Position numbers and translations under genes: made by a program
NCBI GenBank assembly: GCA_000934665.2
Contig: JYFJ02001493.1
Coordinates: 1-64,000 of the forward strand
Reading direction: 5' to 3'
DNA: 64,000 bases
Origin: Catajapyx aquilonaris
Taxonomy: Eukaryota
In this document: piece by piece, positions 26,601 to 38,200 of the stretch
Layout of the letters: every line of letters starts with the position of its first letter
How positions within the stretch are numbered: position 1 is the first letter of the stretch
Notes under the pieces: generated by a model
Databases searched by the model: none
Told to the model about the DNA's origin: nothing
What the model saw: the letters and a program-made list of their open reading frames with translations, nothing else

Positions 26601-27792
26601 TTTGGTTCGAAGGTGTTTGACTTTCAGAGAGCCACGCTTGCTGGATACATTCGTGGTACTGGAGCGAAAAGAAACTGTATGTCTTTATGTATGGGAAAAT
26701 AAACAAACGAAAAACAAAACATGTTGCACTGACCTCATACAATATGCTGCTGTGATATGACCCACTGACATGCCCTGATAAAACTGGTCATGGTTAATGT
26801 CAGCATGGATTGATGACATTGTAGGTTATGTCTCAGTAAGTTTAAACAATGTGTGCATGTCATGAGTAGGAATAATAAAGTGCAGTGTAAAAACTGTACA
26901 AACAGCGCACGAAATTCATCAAAAAAATAATTGCAATAATAATTATTTTTTCAATTAATTCATCACTAAAGTCTCATCATACACATTTCACACCTATGTT
27001 ACATCAGTGCCGAAATTGAAATAATGAAAATCCTCGGAAGAAAGAAGTATGAAGTAACACACCATTTCCAAATTGAATAGACTTGAAACTCACTTTGTAA
27101 TAAATTACTCCTTATCTTATTAGTCATCTGGCGAATTATGCTTGCAGAAGGTGAGCACTTTCACCTGTCTGCATCGCATCTCCTTCTCGCATTATGGACA
27201 AGATTGACCCTCCCGCGCATCTAATTCCATTTCTACTAATGAATAGTGCAGGGGAAAAAAGTTGTTCGCTTGTTTCGTCACTATTCTAAAAACAAGTTGA
27301 GTGTTTTTTATTGTCCTATTTTGCAATGTTCCGAACAGGTCCAGGTGCTATTTTTTTGTCACGTGTAATACCTGTGATCGGGTTAGAGTTGGGCAACATT
27401 GTCTTGCGTACCACCTGCCCACACATAAGAAAGGTCAAGGTCGCTTCACAACTAACCCACTATTTAACCACGAAAAACTGTTTAAAACGATCTAATTATA
27501 AAGAGCTATAAATAACACACATTTTTATTCTCATATCCGTCCATTGATAAATCAACTGATATCCTCATCCTTGAATTGTGTTTTTCACTTTTTTTAAAAC
27601 TATTTAAAAAAAAATTACCCCTAGTGGGTGTCACAGAATCCGGGATTTCTATTGGTGAAGGGGCTTTCCTCTAGCACTGTAATCAAGAGTTAAAAAGGAG
27701 AATGCTGGGCATGGACTAGGTTCAGTCTTGAATTTGGATCCAGTCGCGGATCTCTCTCTTAAAAGAACTCCCGCGCAGCTTCTCACCTTCTG

Positions 27793-28000
27793 ATTGGTTG
27801 GAGCCCGGCTCGGCGAAAGTGACGTATATAAGTGAAAAGGAGGCCGGGAAGGGACAAAAATTTTTGTACTTTTTTCCCCCGAGTCACTACCAAGATTGTG
27901 TTAGTCCAGCTCAGGGTGCAGACCTACCTGGAATTATTGCACTCAGCTGACTGGGTGCTACACTACCAGCTGGAGATACCCTCCCCTTTTCAAATATTAG
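27793..28000 (+). promoter_or_regulatory. Candidate core promoter and non-coding first exon, probably of the 32201-43799 gene
   Basis: Reverse CCAAT (ATTGG 27793), TGACGT (27820), TATATAA (27825-27831), then an ATG-free segment ending AG|gtatgg at 28000. Confidence 0.4.
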
Positions 28001-31000
28001 GTATGGATTGCTAACCCCATATTTTTTTAATATTACTAAATATTACTGTGATTTTGTGTGTGTATTTTTTTATAAGTTTTTGATTCGAATCGTTAACCTC
28101 TGGTGTGAGTGAAAGTGAGAAAACCTGATGGAAACCAGTGTCTAAGTCTAGGAAAAATCTAATTACCGTCGCCCCGTGAGAGAGTGCTCGATGTGATAGT
28201 TAGTGTAGGAAGATGATGAATTGCATACCTGCAATTTGTTACCACGCCTCTTTTTTATTTAAAAAAAATCTGAAAATTCTGTAAATTTTGATTTAACTTT
28301 TGCTTCAGTGCCAAAAACTAGTGCTTTTTTTATCTGGGCCATGATGTAACCCACTCATTATTGATAAAGTAATGCACCTTGTGAGAAAGTTTCCGGAGAG
28401 GGCAGCATCCTGCTTCTCATCGACCTCCTTTGACTTACGAAACATAGGATACTTGTACTTCCGTAACCGATATTGCTCATCCATGTAAGTTCAAGATCTT
28501 CCGACCTTAGCATTTGTTTGATCCGTGGGTGTAACGAAGAAAATAGGATGTAAAAAATATATATAATGGAGAGGGACCAAAGTCTCGTGCGGAAAACTTT
28601 CTCGTTTTGCATAAGTTTCACTTTCCTTGCATCACAGCCTTGGCTCTGTACTTCAAGAGGGTAGTATAACACTTCTTTTTTTTATTATTATTTTTTTCGT
28701 TCTTCGAATGTGACAAAGGGGGACCCCAAAAATGTATACAACGGTATGTTTGTTTCTGTTGGAGGCGAAAGTGTCACCATGGATCACGTGCGTAACTGTA
28801 GTGCAGCAAAGTAGACACTCCCCACAAATTTTTTTAAACAAATCTGGTCACGTGTGTTGACAAATTGCCAAACAAATCGTTACGAGGAGCTATTGTGTGC
28901 ACCACGTGAGAAATACACGTGTAGAGTGCAAATTAACGCCTGGAATTTTTTCACGTAAAAATGTAGTATGTAAAAAATAATGTAAGTTATACCAAAAGTT
29001 GGCCGAGAAAAAAAGGGCGGTTCACTAATTAGCATGTAGTAAATTGCATTTGCGAATATAAAGAACCAGTACGCAAAAGTGGGGGGCCATATAAGTTGGT
29101 TGTAAAACATGTTTTCCTTGATATTCCACATGCAATTGAGACAAATTTAGTGTAGCTCAACAATGCAGTGGTGTTGACTATAAGTTTTCTTTGCCTTGGC
29201 CTCAAATAGTGCACACAACTAGAGTCGATTTAAAAAAAATTATCAGCAAAAAAAAAGTTTATAAGTGGCTCATCTGTACACCTTTCACTTTCATTTTGGA
29301 AGAATGTCCCCATTGTAGTTTATGCGACCGGAATGTTAGCAAATCGTTGCTATAATAGGAGACTTGTCAGTTTCGTAAAGGATTATGGATATTAGCGTCT
29401 GAATACCAAGGTGAGTCCCGTTTATTTTTGTCCACGTATAATCCTAAGCAAAGTCAAGAGCAGTGGCTCACGCTTAATTAGATGAGAAACGGAAGAGCAA
29501 TCAAGGACGTTCCCATATGAAAGTTTTTATGCTACTTTTATGATTTCATCCTTTTTTTTGTTTGTAAGGAGTTCTCATAACGTAACTGAGATTTCTCTAC
29601 TGTTCTAGTTCAAACTGACCGTTAGTTGCGCGTGCGGCGGAAAAACAATAGCAAAAAGAGAGGCAGTGTCGATTTGTGTCACAATATTTTGGCATTCAGT
29701 CTTTGTTTACGGCAAATTGTGTTATTATAGTTTCATTCAGCTATCGAACTATCAAATTGTGGAACATATGTATCTTATATCGTATACACGATTGAAAGAA
29801 AATATTACAGATATAAGATTTGTAGATATTTCTTCGATATCAATCTGCCATTTAGCCTGTATGTTTGAGAAAATTATTATAATTGCCACAAGTGTTATAC
29901 CACATGACAGGTTAATTGCCTTGTAATTATGCACCTGCAGGGAAGGAATCTGCATATGCACTATACGAAATATGTCAATATATATTATCGTCCGATGCAG
30001 TGCATAGCACGTAAATCAATTTGGCAAAATTATTCTGAGACTCTCCCAGTAACATTACATTCCTGATAAATTGCACTGTGACTATGCAGAAGCGCTATAC
30101 CCTTTTGCAGTGCTGTGCACAAAACAACTTTTTCCTTTAAAAAAAATTAGTGGCATTAAATTTTTGTGGGTCAACTATTTGCAAGGTCGTAAATAAAGGC
30201 AGCAACTAGTCGTTAATTTTAGTAATTGAATAATACAATAGCGATTAAAATTTATAGAGCTACTTTACAATGTGTATCTAGAACAGCAGAATGAGCCTAA
30301 TTCCTAAAGGTATAAAAATTCTGATATTTGTTGACCTCACATATGATGCTTATGAAAATGTTCGAGTTTATTTATTATTTAAAATCCAAATTCACAGACA
30401 GTTCAAACCATCTTCTGATGTTATATTACTCTCTCTTTTTATATCCTGGAAGGCAACTTGATGCCCAAGGGAATGGTCAAATTATGTAATTACAGCATTA
30501 CCAGCCAGACGGGGAAAACTGACGAATAATGCAAGTCATGTGCGATCAAACCGTGCAAAATTCGCAACATTAACGTTCGCAAGGTCCACATGCAGCACTT
30601 GCAAGTGAACAAATTACTTGATTGGCACACGAGAAAAAAAATTGTCACCGTGTCGCAAGTCCCTAAACGCATGTCATTATTATGCAATATTTGGCGACTA
30701 CTTTTGAAATATCTAGTCCACTGTTCCACCAGTTAGTTTAGAATATTATGTGCCAATTATTTTTTTCTTTTCGCGAAAACATGTCCGGAAGTGGATTTGG
30801 CACACGAAATGATCAAAATTCAAGCCAAAATGTGGTGCTTGGTCGCCTGACCATGAGACTCTTGCATGGACCAGTTTTTTTTCAGCTATAATTCTACTGT
30901 CGCATTCTTTATCGTCCAAGCGAGTAAACATTGTCAGAGGCCTATTTCGTTCCCCAAAAAATGAATTAGCATTTCTCTTATACGGAGGCCGACTGCACCA

Positions 31001-32200
31001 GGAAGAGATACTTTAGCCTTAGAAACAGGTTTTCCTTTTTCTAAAATTTTTTTCTTCTTTCTTCGCACAGATACTGACCGGTAAATTCATAGTTGCTGGT
31101 GGGCAAAGATTCCGCAAACTTTCACTCTCGAACACTCAGTTTTCGAGTTATTATCCATCAGGTTATGTCAATAATAAACTCAAGTAGGCTACTTTCCGTA
31201 TCTTGACCTTGCCTGTCTTTCCGTGTCTCTAGTTTGCTTCGGGAAAAAAAATATCATACACGGTATTTAAATTTAATAAGACCATCTGAAATATAGGGCC
31301 TTGGAAGCTGCTTATCCTTGGTGAGAACTAGCAAAATAACAGCTTTTTTTTATCTGTTGGCTTCTTTGCTAGTCAGTCACCTATCCGACAAGTAAGATTA
31401 ATGGGTGAGCTCCTAGAGTTACAAATATACCCTGCAGCTAAATACTTTTTACACCGAAGGAAAATTGAATCTTCGTGCAATTTTTTGTACATGTACCATA
31501 AAGTACACGTAAACAGAAAACCCGTGACTCATAGCTTAGGTTACGATCAGTCATAAAAAAAATGTACGGACTGTGTTTCTGCTTTCTAAATATCGGTACA
31601 ATAAGTTTCGCCGTGTGTCATAAACTGCAGAACCGGTAATGTTTCATATTTCGTCGTTTATTGGTGGTTGTCGCAAGTGGGTTAATTACTAGCAGAATCT
31701 TAATATAAAATTAGGCTTACTATTCAGTAGCAAATTATTTCAGACATGCAATTTATTGGCAGGTGACCAGTGGTCATCGTCAGGAAATGTTTTAGATGAA
31801 GGATCCAAGGCTATTATTTCAGGTTGAAATTTTTACCCCGCCCTAGTCTTCACCTGAATTTAAAACCACTCCCTACTATGCGTGCTATGAAATATTGATG
31901 TAAGACACAAACATGTTCGTGTACTTTTTTTAAGGTGTTCATATAGGATTATCAAGTTGCCCCCAAGCACGTTAGGTGGTTAGTACAATCATCAGCCAGG
32001 CTTTTATATAACTAAGGAAAAACGTCTAGACTAATTATGGCTACAGATTACAAGGCTGTGACCAACTTTACAAGAATTACACATAATGATTCTCTCATAG
32101 GATATTGGTAAGAGAAAGACGGATATTGCACAACTTCCGAACACGATTCTTCCCATCCGAATTTCACAAGTTCCTGTTACTGTTTCTCTTCAGGTGCACA

Positions 32201-35200
32201 ATGTCATCGGCACTTAGGATATTCCTGGTAGTGTCCTGCATCCTATGGTGCGGTCATGCCTTACCAGTACCACAGCAGGACAGCAGTAGCAACGTCACAT
32301 CAAATGACAGGGTGGCTGTAAGTACCTTTCGATGCTTATACACCAATCTGCTGAGGGATGCTGCTGCATTGTTGTTGACAGACCAAAGCATGATGACCTG
32401 ACCTTTGACCCCAAGCTTATGTGTTGCACTGGTTTGCTGTAACCCTTCAAACCCGATCCTATATCAAGTGGGCTAATACTGATGACCACTGTTGTATTAA
32501 TAACCAATAGTGCGTGGCGATTAAATAACTCATTACCGGGCTATAGGACGCCTTTTTTTCCCTTTATACGTTAAAAAAATGGCGCCAAGCTCTGCGGTAA
32601 CACAACATTTCGCAAAGTGTAGAAAACACAAACTAACATCAAGTGTTGTTTTTGCAAATAAGTTGCACTGGTCACATAACGACGACCCAGTTTTCAACAA
32701 GTCGATGACTCGTTCCGGCTAGACTGACCGGTCAAAAAAACAGAAGCAGAGAAAAATTTTGCACCTTTTTATATACATACATATTATTTCGCCTTTATAT
32801 GCAGTTAGTTCGACCACGTGGCACAGTTATGCGGTTTTACTGACTGAACTTTCAGTTTCGTGCCGGAGATTTTTCCTAGAGATAAATGCGTATCTCGGGT
32901 GGAGAAATGTGTCTTTCCACACTTTTGAGCGGCGGTGACAGTGAAAGCTAAGGAATCGTAAGTTTTTACTCATTCGGAAGACATATATCATTTGTCATAT
33001 TGCGAAGTTAAGTTGTGCAACTAATGCTGGGAATAGAAAGAATCGCTCAAAAATTGAAGCCCAAATATAAGATTGTTCACGTGCTAGATCAAGGAAGGAG
33101 GAAAAATAATTTGACCTTGCATATGCAGTTACTTAAAAGTGACGAATGTGAAATGCAGAAAAAAATTTAATAACATCTTACTGTTTAAAAAAAAAAAGTG
33201 ACGTAAATCTCCCTTGCATAAACATAGATGCATCCTGAGAAAGTAGGATGGTCATGTTTCACATACGAAAAAAAAATGAAGATCTTCCTCTCATATATCT
33301 CTCAGGTCATTTTTCTACTGATTCGAATTATCCTCCCTAGTTTCCACATATATTTTTTTTCTCCTTATATAATTGGGCAAGCCGGAGCATGTTGTAAAAT
33401 CACACGTTTCTCTTTTGCTCCTCCATGATTTCAAAACTCGAGCCATTGTGTCTCGAGGGATCGCCACCTTGCTCGTTTTTACCTGGCAGGTAGAACTTCC
33501 ATTGGAAAGCAATATTACCTCTTGTTTTTGCCCCGATGCGAATAGTGGTGGGCGAAAATGTAGGTTGAGGAAGGTCGTTGCCTTGCAATGTCAAGGAATA
33601 CGAAATGTACATGTTGCCAAATGAATTAATTTTGAGCTCAAAATTAATTTCATAACGTTAACCTATCTGGATTTTCAAGTTTGACCCATTGTTGTTCAAA
33701 TTGCGCAGGGGCCTGTTATAAATATTTATTGGCTATATTAGGGCTCAGTTTATTACTGGGTGAGTGTGTGAGCAGGTCTTATAAGAATAATGTGGGCTAC
33801 ATATCTCAAATCGGGCATAGCTAGTATCCGACGCAGGGTTCCGAAGAAGGTAAGATGAATAGTTTCCCCCACTGTCCATTGTTGAGTTGTGGCTATAATA
33901 ATTGCAGGTGGAGGTGGAGTCTTCACCCAAGTTCGTACGACAAACGCAACCTATCACCGTTTCTTTGTTCGGTGCTGGCAGTCAGCAAACAAACACACAA
34001 CCCCATGAACAAATTACAGATGCGTTCAAGGTGAGCGCATTGCCCAATTGTCATGGGTTCACATGGCCGTCGCTGTCTTTGGTGTCGTTGGAGTCAACAA
34101 CAACGATCGAAAGACAAAGTCGTACGTGTGAATCCGGCTGAACGGAACTTATACCGATTTTTGACCCGAATTTGATCACGCGATTAGTGTTATGTCACCA
34201 TCTAGTTTTGTACACGCGATTTGATGTGATAAGTCACGGTATGGGTGAAATGAACCAGTTGTAAACCGGTCGTGCCCAGGAAAAAGACGGACCCAATTTA
34301 TAAAACTGGGTGCCTGCTGACACGATTAGTCGCATTGCAACTAATCACTACAATTTAATACTATCGAAAGTGTGAATTTTTTTTGGAGGGGGGGGGGCCT
34401 AGTCACGTCCTGAATTGTTACGTACCATTTAATCACTGATGCAATCATTTAGCTTAAAACCGTTCTGACCTTTATAGCAAAACAATGCCGGCAACATACC
34501 TTTTAATGACCTGTTTGGGTCAAGTGCGGTCAACAATACCCAGTGTTTTTGCTGAAGATAGTTGCGTCATATCCACATTTCCGTGACTAGTAGTACACTT
34601 CCTACTTTCCTCTTTTAATACTGTAGTACGTGAGTAGTGAGAATTAGACATCTCCCCATCGGACCAGATATGATTAATATTTTCAAACACGGTCTGAGAA
34701 GAAAATGTGAAAGCAAATTCAAACACATGAGATACGATGCGCGTAAAAAAGAAAATTTTGAATCCGCTCCAATGAATAGATAGGATCAAAATTGCTTGCA
34801 AATATCGGTATAAGTGCCGGATAATTATCTGCTGCAAAAATTCACATGATTCTGCCAACTTCCAATCATTTTAAAAATAATAAAGCTGGCGACCGACACC
34901 GTGACGAACCAGATCAACGTGGTGGGCAGTTCGACATCTCAGATACTGGATGGCTTGGGCACTCTGGCCGGTCAAGTGGTCAACGCCGGTGGGCGGTTGG
35001 CCACTTCGGCGGCCGAGAGTGTGGCCGATACAGTTGACTCTGGGGCCAAGTTCGTCCAAAGGCTTGGAAATGTGAGTGCCGCCAGCACTACTATCAAAAG
35101 GTCAAAAGGTGGCAGGGCAGCCAGCACTACTATGAAAAGGTCAAAAGGTGGCAGGGCAATCGACATCGTCAGGACACGCAGGCTTTCGGTATTTGCACAT

Positions 35201-38200
35201 AACACTGCTTTTTTTTTAAAGCTTCTCACTGTTATCCAGGTTGGAATTGTTGGTGGTTGGTTTTTTTGTGTTTTAAAAAATTGATATGGTGGTTTGCACG
35301 TTATGTCGGGCATGGTGCTGTGGGGTTAGTGGTTTTGGGTACGTGTGGACAACATGGGAAAATTCTGAAGTGTTGGTTGAATCCAACGGACCACACAAGA
35401 TGGAAAGCTACGAATCATTTTCAGTTTTTTTTTACCTAACTGAATTATTGCTTGTTTCACGATGTCTTTGGGTGGTTGTGATCATCACAACAGTTCAATG
35501 GCAGCGACGAGCACAGCTTTGCAAACTGTACAGTAACAGTGCTGTTTAATATTTCGAAGGCGATCCGCCAAAAGTACATTGTTGAAGTATGTAGTAAAGT
35601 ACAGGTAGATAAACTTCACTAGGTTTTACAAGTTAGATTAATATTTCCATTGAATTCTGAAGTTGTTCGAGTAGACACTTTTAGATTTGATTTTGGCGGA
35701 GAACCCTCCGTTGTTTATAGTCTTCCTATTCTGCCTTTACTGATATCACTCTTGCAATAACAATGTCCTGACAGCAACACAGCCATATCATTGTTCTGAT
35801 TGCATTTATATAACCACAGGACTTAGCTGCTCAGCTAAATCTGGCAGGCCAGGACATTCAGCAATTAAGACAAACCATTATCAAGAACCTTCTGGGCCAA
35901 ATCCAGAGCAACAACAATAACCCGACCACCAACAGCATAAACAACGACAATGCCAACAGCAACAGCAACACGAACAACCTCATCTCGAGTGTGGAGGATG
36001 GAAACAACAGGGTTCGAAGCTCGTCCAACACAGTCCGTCAAGTCGGGGTAAGTTTTTAGTAACTTTTTTTTTTCTATTAGTTACGGGATTCGTAATGTCA
36101 GACGCGTTTACTTTCACTTCCATGAGAAAAAAGTGAAAGGGTGTTTGTAAGAGGGCAAATCCGTCAGATATATCAACCGAAATAATTAATCATTGTTTCC
36201 TCCTTTGGGTAACAGCTTAGTGGTACATACGGTGTTCCGTCGGTGGAGCCTCCAGGTTATGGCCATGTGGTAAGGTCACAGGTTCAAAAATATGTAGTGT
36301 TGACACCTGCACCAAAAAAAGGGGGAATCTGGATTAGTATCACTTCTAGAAATATTGTTTTTTCGAGACTTACTAACATTTGATTTATGCTGTAGTTTGT
36401 TTCAGCACGTTCCATCTTGCGTGTAAAATATTTCAAAGGTTATGTGTGTTAATTCCAGTGACTGACCAGGTCACTTGGAATTAAATGTGATTGGTAGAGT
36501 TGAATACTAACATCCAATGTATTATACTGTAATTATTATAATTGTTGGAGTTACATGGCACTGTATTGTATCCACAGGTGACTCCTGATCTACTTTTAGT
36601 GCCATGTACTTTTTTGTAAAATATTTCGCCATTTCTTCTCAGCTTTTTTTTGTGTGTTCCAAAAGGTGCCAGCTTGCATCGGCCATGTTGTACATTATTC
36701 TTCAGTTCAAAATTTGACAATTTTGTAGACTAATTCAGAATCGGTTTTTCAGTCCAACGTGGTCACCCCGATTGTTGACTCGACTGCAAACTTTGGTGCC
36801 AACCTGGGCAACGCTGCCACAAACACACTGAACATCGGAACTCAATTGTTAGGAAGTATTTTTGGTACAGCCACCAGTCTTCTGCAGGTACATGTCAAAA
36901 AAAAATTTGGTGAAAAATTCGGCATGAAAATTTCGGTTATACCGTACTGTAATACATTTTTGTAGGGAGCAATTCAAGCCATTCTAAGCCTGGTGCAAGC
37001 TAAAGGTCAAATCGTCAGTGGAGTGGTGAATTCCGTCGGACCAGTGGTCAGCGGGGTCACGCAAACTCTGGGTCAAGTGGTGTCAGGGGGTGCACAGGTC
37101 TTAGGTGCTGTCACTCAGGTAAGTGCCTTTCTCATACTCTGGACTCACTTTCACCCTTCCAAATGCTTGACAGGAAACAAAAAAATTTATTCAAATTTTT
37201 TAAAAATGTAAAATATTAAAAAAGCGCCAAAGTGCCAACGCAATTCGGCCTCAAAGTCCTAATCACTTTGCTTTACAGATGCAATTTTTTAACAGACCTT
37301 TTTTATAGGACATACTATGCATCTAGTTTGCTGTACAACACATTGACTTATCAGGATATACGTTTTTTTTCACGATACATACAGTAAGATACTACAAAAT
37401 ATTTTTGAGTCACATCGGTGAAAAATGCTCTTCAGTCACAGATAAAACGCAGACGCACCACTGGAGGCTTTCTGAGCCTCAATCAAAATTTGCTTTGCAC
37501 ATTTTTTTCCAAGTACTCACATCACATGTTTTTTTGAGCAAAAAAAGCAAAAAAAAATGTAGGACTGGACATATATGGCACAGACCAGACCGGCTGCAGA
37601 CAATTTATGGTGGCAGAACTAGATGCAGGACCAAGTTTTTTGGGGGTATAATTCAGGGAAGTATTTGAAAAAAGAAGGGCTCTATTAGAATTTGGGAGCT
37701 TTTGGGAAGATGTTAATAGATCACAAGGCTACTTCCCCAATGCACGTAGTTAGTCTGACATATTTGGTGTGTGACGCACAGACGGACAAACCCGGCCGTA
37801 CGTCGAAGTTCTGGGGGGAAAATTTTCGGTCCAATAACACACACTTCCGTTCACTTCGTGCATGGTACATTCCACGCGATGACACAATAGTTTGGAGGTC
37901 ATCTTACGGTTGAACAGCACATTCGTTTTTTTTATTTATTTTTTAAATGGACTAATGGAGAGAGAAGAGAGGATAAATCATGATCCCCATTACCCTAAAC
38001 CCATGGCAGGGAGTAACGGATGGTGTGTTACGGACGGCAGGCTCTGCCATCAAGTCCGGCTCCCAAGTGGTCAGTTCCCTGTCATCAACCGCGGCCCATT
38101 TGGTGCAGTCAGGAAGCCAGGCCGTGGCCACCTCTCTGGGAGCCGCTGGACATTTGGCCAGGAATGCGGCAGAGGTGAGGGGCATGGGAACGAAGATCAG

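Noticed and set aside
26290..26680. Relatively GC-rich stretch that looks coding
   Set aside because: The three minus-strand frames I translated hit stops, the ORF track shows no long plus-strand ORF here, and no homology was recognised; possibly decayed TE.
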